DNA of 40,206 bases from an uncultured Candidatus Nitrosotenuis sp. (lineage in GTDB: Archaea > Thermoproteota > Nitrososphaeria > Nitrososphaerales > Nitrosopumilaceae), in the NCBI GenBank assembly GCA_964402265.1, contig CAYOBG010000001.1, positions 28,419-68,624 on the forward strand, written 5' to 3'. Made by a program: the position numbers and the translations under genes. How positions within the stretch are numbered: the stretch's first letter is position 1; each line of letters starts with the position of its first letter. This document shows positions 28,104 to 36,894 of this stretch, piece after piece. The notes below the pieces were generated by a model. That model saw nothing but the letters and a program-made list of their open reading frames with translations. It was not told the DNA's origin and did not search any database.

Positions 28104-29321
28104 TCATAGAGTCTGACTGGATTTCATTTCCTTTGTAACAAAAATCCTATACCAGATCTCGAGCGCCAATAGTCCCAAAAATTTATTGACATAACGAGTA
28201 TCTAGATTCTTTTGGAAATGCTTTTGGATCCATGAATCATCAATCCACTTTTGTTTGACTACTCTAGCATCAGATAGATAACTATCACACAGATCATATC
28301 CATGAGATTTCCATAGATTTGTAGTATCAACTGAAAATCCTTGTTTTTTCTTTATGAGTAATTTTTCAAGCGAATACTTACGAATGATTTCTCTCAACAA
28401 AAGTTTACCAATGTTATTTTTTGGATCATATTTTAGCCCTATTGGCAAGTGGGTTGCATAATCAATTATCTTTTTTGATAGAATTGGGGTTATGGGTTTG
28501 ATTCCAAAATGTTCATGAATTTTCGTATTTAGTGGTATCCAATTGTATAACAGCTTGCCATTAAAATCTGCCAGAAAGACTTGAGATATTGGGTGCAACG
28601 GATTATCAAAAAATGGTAAAATTCTTGAATAGATATTACTCCAAGAGAACTGTAATTTCTTTGTAAAAATTTTTTGTTGGTCCGGCACCCAATCTCTTTC
28701 ATGGCATTGCAAGTATGCCTTTGTTTTTGCAAGTGCCGATGAGTCCCTTTTTGTCAGAGATAGGAATTTTTCATACCTGAATGTATACCCCCCAAATAAT
28801 TCATCGCCACCATCTCCAGAAACAAGTAGTTTGCCCAGAGTCTTTGATTTTTTTACCACATAATACCAATGTAGATCCCAAAAAGGTTGTCGGATTATGC
28901 TAATTGCAGCTGGAAGTTCTTTGAGATAGTTTTCAATATAGACTACATGATGCGAAACAGTAAATTTTTCTGCAATTCTTGCAGCGTATTTTGATTCATC
29001 TATACTCTCAGCAAACTTGATTGAGATTGCGTTTATTTTCACATTTGGGCAGGTTTTTTTTAACAGAGATAAAACTAGTGTAGAGTCCACCCCACTGCTA
29101 AGGGCTATTGATGCTTTTGTTGTTTTAGAATTTTTGATTGATTTTTTTATGTTTGAGGTTATCAAGCGCTCTACATGTTGAGTAACATTTTCAGTTGCTG
29201 GTTTTTCTACAAAGTCTTTCCAAGTTTTTTTTGGAATTTGTGGTTTTTTTGACGGATTGTATCTAAGTGTTAGTATGTTTTTTATCGAGTTTGGTTCAAG
29301 TTTAACTCTAGATCTTGCCAC
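28104..29321 (-). CDS. Asparagine-synthase C-terminal-domain protein (ATP-dependent amidoligase lacking the glutaminase domain)
   Basis: PP-loop IALSSGVDS, SGDGGDELFGGY, GKLLLR, KKQGF; no N-terminal Cys/Ntn domain. Confidence 0.85.
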   Translation of the reverse strand: MARSRVKLEPNSIKNILTLRYNPSKKPQIPKKTWKDFVEKPATENVTQHVERLITSNIKKSIKNSKTTKASIALSSGVDSTLVLSLLKKTCPNVKINAISIKFAESIDESKYAARIAEKFTVSHHVVYIENYLKELPAAISIIRQPFWDLHWYYVVKKSKTLGKLLVSGDGGDELFGGYTFRYEKFLSLTKRDSSALAKTKAYLQCHERDWVPDQQKIFTKKLQFSWSNIYSRILPFFDNPLHPISQVFLADFNGKLLYNWIPLNTKIHEHFGIKPITPILSKKIIDYATHLPIGLKYDPKNNIGKLLLREIIRKYSLEKLLIKKKQGFSVDTTNLWKSHGYDLCDSYLSDARVVKQKWIDDSWIQKHFQKNLDTRYVNKFLGLLALEIWYRIFVTKEMKSSQTL

Positions 29322-30681
29322 GGCCTAGCCCTCTAAATATCAGATTTGCTTTTTTTGCCGCATGTTGATCCATTACTCCCCTCGAATCAATCACTATTGG
29401 GGTCCTCATCTTTGTGCTAAGGAATGTGGGCTCCAAATCATGAAATTCTTTGTGTGCAGTTACAATTACAACGGCATCAGTGTTTGTTAGTGCATCAACC
29501 AAATTATTTTCGGTTTTTATCCCAAACACTTCAGAGGATTTAAAATATGGATCATAAATTTTGACTCTTGCACCATGGATTCGTAGTTTTTTTGCAATAG
29601 ATTCTGCAGGTGACAATTGAATGTCTTTCACATCAGGCTTGTATGATACACCAAGAATCAGTATTTCCGAGTCTTTCATGTTTTTTTTCGCTTCTGAGAA
29701 TCCATCATCAAGTAGTCCAACCACATGATTAGGCATTGATTCGTTTACTGTGCGTCCTGCCCTCACAATACTAAGATCTTCATCCACTCGTTTCGCGAGA
29801 TTCAGCATTTGGTAAGAGTTAACAGGCAGACAAGGACCACCCACTCCTGCCCCGGGATAATGAACTTGGAAATTGTATTTTGTTTTTGCCGCTTCCAATA
29901 CTTTCATAATATCAATTCCGATTTTTTCAAACAATATTGCCAGTTCATTCACAAAAGCAATGTTTATGTCACGAAAGACATTTGTCGTAAGTTTTACTGC
30001 ATTTGCGGTCTTACAATCAGGCATTGGAATTAGATCAACTGTAAAGACATGTCGATAGATCTTTGTAATAATACTGGCAATTTTGTCATCAATTGCACCA
30101 ACTAAGCGAGGAAGTCTTTCAAAATCATTAAGAATTTGTCCAGGATTTGCAGTCTCAGGACATACCCCAATTCCAAAGCTCTTTCCAGCTTTTAATCTAC
30201 CATCATTGCCCTCTATTATTGAGATCAGTTCATCCTCTACAAAGCCAGGTTCAATTGTACTTTCCACAATGACTAATGATCCTTCGGTAAGCAGGTCATG
30301 TAATTGTCTTCCCACAGATTTTAATGCGGAATAATTTGGCACATTGTTTTCATCCATAGGCGTTGGTAACGATAACAGTATTACATCAGATGTTGGAACA
30401 CCTCCTTCTATTTTTGTTGTAGCAGTAAATTTTTTTTCTTTAATGACATTTTCAAATATTGCATCATAACCGGGTTCATCTTTGAGAGGGAATATTCTAG
30501 AGTTAATCTCTGCAACAAGTTTAGAATTGATATCTACACCAATGGTTGGCAAACCAGAGTTTGCAAATGATAATGCGGTGGGCAATCCAATTCTTCCTAT
30601 ACCAATAACACATATCTTGAGCTTGCCTGTTTGAATAGATTGTATCAATTCTGTTGAGTTCATATCCATAATTTTAGCCAT
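29308..30681 (-). CDS. UDP-N-acetylhexosamine (nucleotide-sugar) 6-dehydrogenase, WecC/WbpA family
   Basis: VIGIGRIGLP, LPTP, ESTIEPG, FRDINIAFVNE, PGAGVGGPCLP (catalytic Cys), GVSYKPDVKD; start probably ATG 30681. Confidence 0.9.
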   Translation of the reverse strand: MAKIMDMNSTELIQSIQTGKLKICVIGIGRIGLPTALSFANSGLPTIGVDINSKLVAEINSRIFPLKDEPGYDAIFENVIKEKKFTATTKIEGGVPTSDVILLSLPTPMDENNVPNYSALKSVGRQLHDLLTEGSLVIVESTIEPGFVEDELISIIEGNDGRLKAGKSFGIGVCPETANPGQILNDFERLPRLVGAIDDKIASIITKIYRHVFTVDLIPMPDCKTANAVKLTTNVFRDINIAFVNELAILFEKIGIDIMKVLEAAKTKYNFQVHYPGAGVGGPCLPVNSYQMLNLAKRVDEDLSIVRAGRTVNESMPNHVVGLLDDGFSEAKKNMKDSEILILGVSYKPDVKDIQLSPAESIAKKLRIHGARVKIYDPYFKSSEVFGIKTENNLVDALTNTDAVVIVTAHKEFHDLEPTFLSTKMRTPIVIDSRGVMDQHAAKKANLIFRGLGRGKI

Positions 30682-30776
30682 AAATGTGTCAGCTGATTGT
30701 CTGATTTTCAATTCTGATTACTTATTTAGTTTTAGATTCTCTCAAGACTTAAAGATGTGAAAAAGTCACGATTGCT

Positions 30777-31673
30777 GTGAAACTAGCTGTAACTGGAGGT
30801 GCTGGATTCATTGGAAGTTATCTAGTAAAGGAAATTGTAAACCAAGGTCACATTCCTTTCATAATTGATAATTTGTACAGAGGTAAATTGGAAAATTTGG
30901 TGCCACTAAAAGATTATGAATTTCAAAAAATTGACATTAGAGATTTTGAAAAACTTAAAACAGCACTGAAAAATGTTGATGGAATATTCCATGAAGCTGC
31001 ACTTACAGATGTTCAAGAATCATTTACAAGAAAAGAAGAATACATTGATGTAAATGTCAGAGGTACAGAAAACATATTCAAGATAGCAAAGGAATTTGGA
31101 TTGAAGGTAGTTTATGCAAGCAGTTCAAGCGTTTACGGAAATCCAAAAAAAATTCCAATTGCAGAAAATAGTGAACGCGCCCCCATCAATCCATATGGAG
31201 ATACAAAATTGGAAGACGAGATTTTGGCAGAAGAATACTCAAAAGAGGGAGTCTCAATAATAGGTCTAAGATATTTCAATGTATATGGAAGAGGTCAAAC
31301 CGGATCCTATGCTGGTGTGATTACCAAATTCATCAACCAATTAAAAGAAAAAAAATCCCCCATAATTTTCGGTAGCGGATCTCAAATACGCGACTTTATT
31401 TTTGTAGAAGATGTTGCAAGAGCGAATGTTTTTGCAATGAATAGTAACGTCAATAGTGGATTTTTTAACGTTGGTACTGGAATTACCACATCAGTTCAAC
31501 AGCTTGCACATATCATGATTGAGATCTCAGGCTTGGATCTAAAACCACAATATGAGAAACCACTTGACGGGGATGTAGAAAAAAGTCAAGCAGATATAAC
31601 ATTCACCAAAGAGATGTTAGGATGGAAGTACAAAATAGAGCTTAAAGATGGCCTGGCAAAATTTTTCCCTTAA
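30777..31673 (+). CDS. NAD-dependent epimerase/dehydratase (UDP-Glc(NAc) 4-epimerase-like)
   Basis: VTGGAGFIGS, ASSSSVYG, PYGDTK, LRYFNVYG, QIRDFIFVEDVA. Confidence 0.88.
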   Translation: MKLAVTGGAGFIGSYLVKEIVNQGHIPFIIDNLYRGKLENLVPLKDYEFQKIDIRDFEKLKTALKNVDGIFHEAALTDVQESFTRKEEYIDVNVRGTENIFKIAKEFGLKVVYASSSSVYGNPKKIPIAENSERAPINPYGDTKLEDEILAEEYSKEGVSIIGLRYFNVYGRGQTGSYAGVITKFINQLKEKKSPIIFGSGSQIRDFIFVEDVARANVFAMNSNVNSGFFNVGTGITTSVQQLAHIMIEISGLDLKPQYEKPLDGDVEKSQADITFTKEMLGWKYKIELKDGLAKFFP

Positions 31674-31676
31674 ACC

Positions 31677-32624
31677 CTAATTGAATAATTTCTCATAAAA
31701 ATCAACATATTTTGGGAGTAATTCTTTCCATGTGAAATTCTTGGTTACAAAATCATATGCAAGAGATGCCATTCTAGCCGCGTTTTCTTTCTGTGCAAGC
31801 AGTGAATTAATTGCATTAATCAATGATTGCGGATCATTAGGTGGAATCAATAATCCTGTTTCATTATTTTTTATCATATTCGGAATGTCTCCAACACTTG
31901 TAGCTACTACTGGAACTCCAAGATAGAAGGCTTCCTTGATTGATTGAGGTAAGCTTTCCATTCTTGATGGCACTACAAGAATAGAAGACGCTTTTAAATT
32001 TGTCATAGCTTCTTGCCAAGGCATGTTTGTACAATAGATTATCTTTCCATTGATTTTTGATTCAATGTTTTTTAGAATATCAATTCCTTTTTCATGACTA
32101 TCTCTTCCAACAAAAGCTATCTGATTTTTTATTTTTTTAACTTCTGGAATTTCTTTGAATTTTTCAATATCTAATGGTGCGGGTAGATAAATAAAATTCA
32201 ATCCTAGTTTTTCTTTGTATGCTTTTTGCACGGATTTAGAATCAGTTGTAAGAACATCCGCCAATTTGAGAATTTTTTCTTCTGTAGAACTAACAATAGA
32301 GCTTGCTATACTGGAATGTAACGCATCTATTTGCTCAGAGTATACACCATGAACTGAAAGAATTTTTTTCTTTGCTTTGATAAATTTCATCACAATTGCA
32401 GAGGGAACATTCCATGCGTGAGCTACATCGTATTTTTCTTTGTCAAAAGTTGCTTTGAGTGCACCAAACAAAGTAAAACTTGGATTCTTGATATTTTTTA
32501 TTGGAATATGTGGAATGTGCATTAATTTTATATCAAATCCATTCTCTCGTAGCTTTTCTGCAACTCTAAACGCATGGCCACCAACTCCTCCCTCATAGCG
32601 TGGAGAAATGTAAAGAATCTTCAA
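31677..32624 (-). CDS. Glycosyltransferase family 4
   Basis: GGVGGH, FVGRDSHEKG, PSRMESLPQSIKEA, VGDIP, FTWKE. Confidence 0.88.
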   Translation of the reverse strand: MKILYISPRYEGGVGGHAFRVAEKLRENGFDIKLMHIPHIPIKNIKNPSFTLFGALKATFDKEKYDVAHAWNVPSAIVMKFIKAKKKILSVHGVYSEQIDALHSSIASSIVSSTEEKILKLADVLTTDSKSVQKAYKEKLGLNFIYLPAPLDIEKFKEIPEVKKIKNQIAFVGRDSHEKGIDILKNIESKINGKIIYCTNMPWQEAMTNLKASSILVVPSRMESLPQSIKEAFYLGVPVVATSVGDIPNMIKNNETGLLIPPNDPQSLINAINSLLAQKENAARMASLAYDFVTKNFTWKELLPKYVDFYEKLFN

Positions 32625-32670
32625 TGACTCAAAACTAATTGTATTATTTTAAAAGGTCTTGGATGAAATC

Positions 32671-34335
32671 TTACATCAAAGCTTGTGACGCATCATGCAT
32701 CATCTGGCTTTTTGCGCAACCTGCTGCAAGCTCATCGCCCTTCCCTCTTCTCATGAGGCCTCTATACAAGCCATCTTCTAGCTTGACACCTTCTCTCTGC
32801 TCCCATTCTTCTACAGTGATAGAGTATTTCTTTTGAATTCTGTCTCTGTACCATTCTGGTATGACATTAAATGCACAGAACGGAATTATTCTAAGATCTG
32901 GTGTTACGTAGTGGATGTCACATCTTTGCAGTCTTTCGAGGTCTTCATTGTATTTGTCCTGGAAATGCATCATACCAAGGAATAATCCCTTGACATGCCA
33001 AGAACCAACTGCATCAAATGATCTCTTCATTAGAATATTGCCAAACATCTTTGCCAAGTCAAGTCCTGCTGGCTGCTTCTTTTTATCAACAAAACTTGAA
33101 AGCTTTCTTACTACCTCTAGCATTGTGAAGTACTTGTTTTTACCAGAACGAATTTCTTCTGCCTTGTCTTCAAATAATTCCAACATTCCCTGAATGTCTG
33201 CAAATCTTGGTAGTGGGACAAACTTCTTTGTCTCTGCATCTTCAAAGACATATGTTCCTGCACCACATGCAAAGTGAATTGATAATTCATATTTTGGTTT
33301 GCTAGAGAATGCCTCAATTACGTTTGTTAATGGCATGCAACTTGGAACTGGAAACCAGTCATCAACAGTAACCTCACCACCAGTCTGTTCTTCGATTCTT
33401 TGAATACAGTCTGGCACAGTAATTCTGTACTTTTCACGCTCTGTTTTTCCCATTCTTCCAGTCAATGATACTGGTTGGAAGTTTACAGCATGGACAATAT
33501 CCATGTTCTTTTGGGCATATCGGATTATACCTCCTAGTTCATGATCATTAATTGATTTGATTACAGTCGGAACGAAAACAACTGTAGTTCCAGTCTTTCT
33601 GCAACTGTCAAGCGCATAAGGAATCTCCCAGTGGTTTTTTGGGTTTGTTCGTGCCGTGACACCATCAAAGCTCAGATACAGGTTGTTGCATCCTGCAAGT
33701 CTTACTTCTCTTGCTGCTTCTGGGTCCATTGCATGTCTGATTCCGTTTGTGTTCATCTGGACATGTTCAACACCTTCTTGTTTCATTATTTTTATAACAT
33801 CAGTGATATCGTCTCGGAGCATTGGCTCGCCACCGGTAATTTGCATAGAATTTCCCGGAATTGGTCGCTCTGCACGCAATGTCTTCATCATTGCACGAAC
33901 TTGATCGTGTGATGGTTCGTACATGTATGCGCCTTCAAGGCCTTTCTTTACATAAAAGAAGCAATACCAGCACGTCAGGTCACATCTGTTTGTGACTATC
34001 ATGTTTGCAAGACCGCTGTGTGACAAGTGATTAGAGCATAAACCGCAGTTATTTGGGCAAGAACATTTCTCAATCATTACGTTTGGTGCATGTGCTCCTT
34101 TGCCATCAGCCCAGTAGGTGCTGAATTTTTTGTATAATTCGTAGGATCCAAAATACAGTTCTTCACATTCACCGTGTGTTGGGCATGTTTTGGTCATAAA
34201 GACACGTCCGTCGCGCTCAAAGACCTCTGCATCAAGTATCATGTTGCAGTCAGGGCAGATACTCTGGGTAAATCTAATGGTGGATTTCTTTCCCAGAGTC
34301 TTGCTACTGTTCTTTGAGAGCTGAATTAGCGACAT
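32671..34335 (-). CDS. tes: Tetraether lipid synthase (Tes / GDGT-MAS, MJ0619-like radical SAM enzyme)
   Basis: N-terminal rubredoxin-like CPDC...CPTH, CSCPNNCGLC auxiliary motif, radical SAM CDLTCWYC, TGGEP, C-terminal HFACG...RCDIHY...IPFCAFN. Confidence 0.88.
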   Translation of the reverse strand: MSLIQLSKNSSKTLGKKSTIRFTQSICPDCNMILDAEVFERDGRVFMTKTCPTHGECEELYFGSYELYKKFSTYWADGKGAHAPNVMIEKCSCPNNCGLCSNHLSHSGLANMIVTNRCDLTCWYCFFYVKKGLEGAYMYEPSHDQVRAMMKTLRAERPIPGNSMQITGGEPMLRDDITDVIKIMKQEGVEHVQMNTNGIRHAMDPEAAREVRLAGCNNLYLSFDGVTARTNPKNHWEIPYALDSCRKTGTTVVFVPTVIKSINDHELGGIIRYAQKNMDIVHAVNFQPVSLTGRMGKTEREKYRITVPDCIQRIEEQTGGEVTVDDWFPVPSCMPLTNVIEAFSSKPKYELSIHFACGAGTYVFEDAETKKFVPLPRFADIQGMLELFEDKAEEIRSGKNKYFTMLEVVRKLSSFVDKKKQPAGLDLAKMFGNILMKRSFDAVGSWHVKGLFLGMMHFQDKYNEDLERLQRCDIHYVTPDLRIIPFCAFNVIPEWYRDRIQKKYSITVEEWEQREGVKLEDGLYRGLMRRGKGDELAAGCAKSQMMHDASQALM

Positions 34336-34339
34336 TTAC

Positions 34340-34358
34340 TATCAGCAGTTTTCTGATA
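34340..34358. promoter_or_regulatory. Palindrome TATCAG-N7-CTGATA, candidate operator of the tes promoter
   Basis: tatcag at 34340-34345 and ctgata at 34353-34358 lie between the tes ATG (34335) and its TATA box. Confidence 0.4.
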
Positions 34359-34360
34359 TG

Positions 34361-34368
34361 CTATATAA
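34361..34368 (-). promoter_or_regulatory. Putative archaeal TATA box of tes
   Basis: TTATATAG on the minus strand, 26-33 nt upstream of the ATG, consistent with a leaderless or short-leader transcript. Confidence 0.55.
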
Positions 34369-34418
34369 CGTATTTCCCACTCTGCCCCGTGTGATTCAGT
34401 AGATTGATGCGTTAGGTG

Positions 34419-34426
34419 TTTAAATA
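34419..34426 (+). promoter_or_regulatory. Putative archaeal TATA box of trmB-dtxR
   Basis: TTTAAATA 24-31 nt upstream of ATG 34450. Confidence 0.5.
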
Positions 34427-34449
34427 CTGAAAAACCGCGGATAGATCGG

Positions 34450-35217
34450 ATGAGTATTTCAGATAACACTCGCAAGTCACTAGAAAGAATAGGTCTGACT
34501 AGCTACGAGATCAGGACATATTCTTCTTTGCTCAAAGGTGGTGAGCTCACTGCGTCCGATCTGAGTCAAAAGTCAGGCGTGCCATACTCGAAGATCTATG
34601 AGGTGCTTGGATCGCTAGAAGAAAAAGGGTGGATTGGATCTGATGATTCTAGGCCGACAAAATATTTTGCAAAATCGCCGGCAACTGCACTAGAGGCAAC
34701 AAAACAAAAGATAGAATCAGATTTTAAGGAAAATGAAAACATTGTTTTGCGCGAGCTTGTCCCATTATACGAGAAAAGCGGGGTAAGTGAGCGACCAGAT
34801 ATCTGGGTTTTATCAGGAATAATGAATATTGCATCAAAGATACTGGAAATGGTGGATTCCTGCAGAAACGAGGTTTTAATAGCGTTACCAAAGGCAAATG
34901 AGGTCCTAGTAAAGCAGGCCTTGCCAAAACTCCGCCAGCTTCACGACAAGGGCGTTGTTATTACTATTTTAATGTCAGACGAAATGGACAAGGAATCATT
35001 AAAGGCCTTGGCTCGAGTCTCAACAGTCAAGGTAAAAAAAGGACTGTTCGGTGGAGGCATCATATCTGATAAAAGATATGTGGTGATTTTGCTTGGCCCA
35101 ATAAACGAGTCTTCAGAGGGAGAAGCCGTTGCAATCTGGGCAGACCATGCAGGCCTTGCCGTGTTTGCAAGAGAATACTTTGAATATTTGCTCAGGGATG
35201 CAAAGAGTGTATCATAA
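34450..35217 (+). CDS. TrmB family transcriptional regulator
   Basis: GLTSYEIRTYSSLL, SGVPYSKIYEVLGSLEEKGWI...RPTKYFAKSP wHTH, followed by a PLD-like effector domain. Confidence 0.9.
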   Translation: MSISDNTRKSLERIGLTSYEIRTYSSLLKGGELTASDLSQKSGVPYSKIYEVLGSLEEKGWIGSDDSRPTKYFAKSPATALEATKQKIESDFKENENIVLRELVPLYEKSGVSERPDIWVLSGIMNIASKILEMVDSCRNEVLIALPKANEVLVKQALPKLRQLHDKGVVITILMSDEMDKESLKALARVSTVKVKKGLFGGGIISDKRYVVILLGPINESSEGEAVAIWADHAGLAVFAREYFEYLLRDAKSVS

Positions 35218-35663
35218 TGGATTCTGTAAATGATGAGATACTATTTGTTGGAACTGCCGAGGCAGAACACGTGGAAATGTACCTAAAGGCAATCTGGCAC
35301 ATCAAGGAGCGAAGCGAGCCGGTCAAAATTAGTACTATTGCCAAGATGCTAAACGTCAGACAGCCAAGCGTTGTCCAGATGTTAAAAAAGCTAAATGAGC
35401 AAAACTTGGTAAACTATAGCAAGGCAGGCGTTTCCCTAACTGAAGGTGGAGAAAAGGTAGGTTCCAGCATGATGCGAAACAGCAGGCTGTTAGAGGTTCT
35501 CATGGATAGTGCGTTGAAGGTGGAAATTGATGAGGAAATGGTTTGTGGAATAGAACACCACATGAGCAGACAGTTCACTGATGCATTATGTACAATGCTA
35601 AAGCATCCCAGAAAATGTCCACACGGTCATGCGATTCCTCCAGGATCATGCTGTACTGCTTAA
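35217..35663 (+). CDS. DtxR/MntR family metal-dependent repressor
   Basis: EMYLKAI, IAKMLNVRQPSVVQMLKKL, LTEGG, CGIEHH, PRKCPHGHAIP; TAATG coupling to trmB. Confidence 0.88.
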   Translation: MDSVNDEILFVGTAEAEHVEMYLKAIWHIKERSEPVKISTIAKMLNVRQPSVVQMLKKLNEQNLVNYSKAGVSLTEGGEKVGSSMMRNSRLLEVLMDSALKVEIDEEMVCGIEHHMSRQFTDALCTMLKHPRKCPHGHAIPPGSCCTA

Positions 35664-35693
35664 AGTTATATCATAGAATGAATAACTTGTAAC

Positions 35694-35858
35694 ATGGCAT
35701 GTTTTTGCGGCTGCAAGACATTTGTTAAATCCACATATGGATTCAAGGTTGGATGTGTCAATTGTACACATGGCCCACAAAATCATGATGATGAATTTCG
35801 ACTGGCTGCTCGCAAAAATGAAGCTCAGTCCCAGAAGCGAGACGTAGATTTCGGATAA
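35694..35858 (+). CDS. Small Cys/His-rich (Zn-finger-like) protein, 54 aa; not in the ORF track
   Basis: MACFCGCKTFVKSTYGFKVGCVNCTHGPQNHDDEFRLAARKNEAQSQKRDVDFG*; its stop directly abuts the yjbQ stop, and TTATAT lies ~25 nt upstream. Confidence 0.7.
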   Translation: MACFCGCKTFVKSTYGFKVGCVNCTHGPQNHDDEFRLAARKNEAQSQKRDVDFG

Positions 35859-36278
35859 TTATTCCCCGATAATTTTCACTAGAACTCTTTTTGACCTCAT
35901 TCCGTCAAACTCTCCATAAAAGATCTGCTCCCAGGGGCCAAAGTCTAGCTCACCGTTAGTTATTGCAACTGTGACTTCGCGTCCCATGATCTGTCTTTTT
36001 AGGTGTGCGTCTGCATTGTCTTCTCCGGTTTTATTGTGATCGTATTGATCTATTGGATCGTGTGGCGCTAGTTTTTCAAGCCATTTAGCATAATCCTTGT
36101 GCAGGCCTGACTCGTTGTCATTTATGAAAACACTAGCAGAAATGTGCATTGCGTTTACCAGACACAGTCCTTCCTTGATTTGACTTTTTTTGACTAGTTG
36201 TCTTACTTGAGGAGTGAGATTTACAAATGCGACTCTAGTTTTTGTATTAAACGTTAGATATTCGGTCAGGGACTTCAT
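35859..36278 (-). CDS. yjbQ: YjbQ/UPF0047 family protein
   Basis: [36 protein letters not shown]. Confidence 0.9.
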   Translation of the reverse strand: MKSLTEYLTFNTKTRVAFVNLTPQVRQLVKKSQIKEGLCLVNAMHISASVFINDNESGLHKDYAKWLEKLAPHDPIDQYDHNKTGEDNADAHLKRQIMGREVTVAITNGELDFGPWEQIFYGEFDGMRSKRVLVKIIGE

Positions 36279-36459
36279 TATTTTTGTCTCGTGGTTTTTG
36301 GAATTAAGCTTTCGTAGTAATGACTAATGCAGGCTCAGAACTCAAGATCTATATCATTTGGGATCAATGGGATAAGGTCATCAACGCCTACTTGTTATAC
36401 TTGGAAAAAGGGATTTTTAAAAGAAGCTTGATAAATGGTAAAGGCAGAGTACAAAAGAA

Positions 36460-36867
36460 ATGGTTACAATTGATGCGCCAGCCTCACTTGAAAGCTTTAG
36501 GAGATTTATCATAGCCAGTACATGCAGTTCATACATTCCACGCAGCTATTTTGAGGATTCTGAGGTATTTCCAGAGCGCGAAGAAGCACTAGGCTCAATC
36601 TATGTAGAGGCAGCGGACAAGGTAACGCTTAAGAAAATTCGAGACATTACGTTTGTCAATGCAAGGGATGTACTTGGAATCATATACAACTCCAAGAGCG
36701 GCAACACCACACTAAAGTGGAGACAGCTAAGAAGACGCGGAGGAAAGGTCACCGGCGAGGCATCACCAAACTCACTCGTCAATTTGGCAGAAGGTGGAGT
36801 TATCACACCAGAATGGGTTGATAGCTATCTTAAGAAGAAGAATCTTGAGAACACCAGCACTGTATAA
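36460..36867 (+). CDS. Hypothetical protein (probably conserved in thaumarchaea)
   Basis: 135-aa ORF with core-like composition, upstream of pelota. Confidence 0.7.
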   Translation: MVTIDAPASLESFRRFIIASTCSSYIPRSYFEDSEVFPEREEALGSIYVEAADKVTLKKIRDITFVNARDVLGIIYNSKSGNTTLKWRQLRRRGGKVTGEASPNSLVNLAEGGVITPEWVDSYLKKKNLENTSTV

Positions 36868-36894
36868 TTATCATAGTTACTCTTACCATATCTG

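Noticed and set aside
32671-34335. Legacy annotation as 7,8-dihydro-6-hydroxymethylpterin dimethyltransferase or MoaA-like
   Set aside because: The MJ0619 family was reassigned as tetraether synthase (Tes/GDGT-MAS), and the motif architecture matches that family.
36279-36514. 64-aa ORF 36320-36514, or an RNA gene in the yjbQ divergent gap
   Set aside because: It overlaps the start of the 36460 gene and has no motif; no tRNA cloverleaf is visible. More likely a divergent promoter region.
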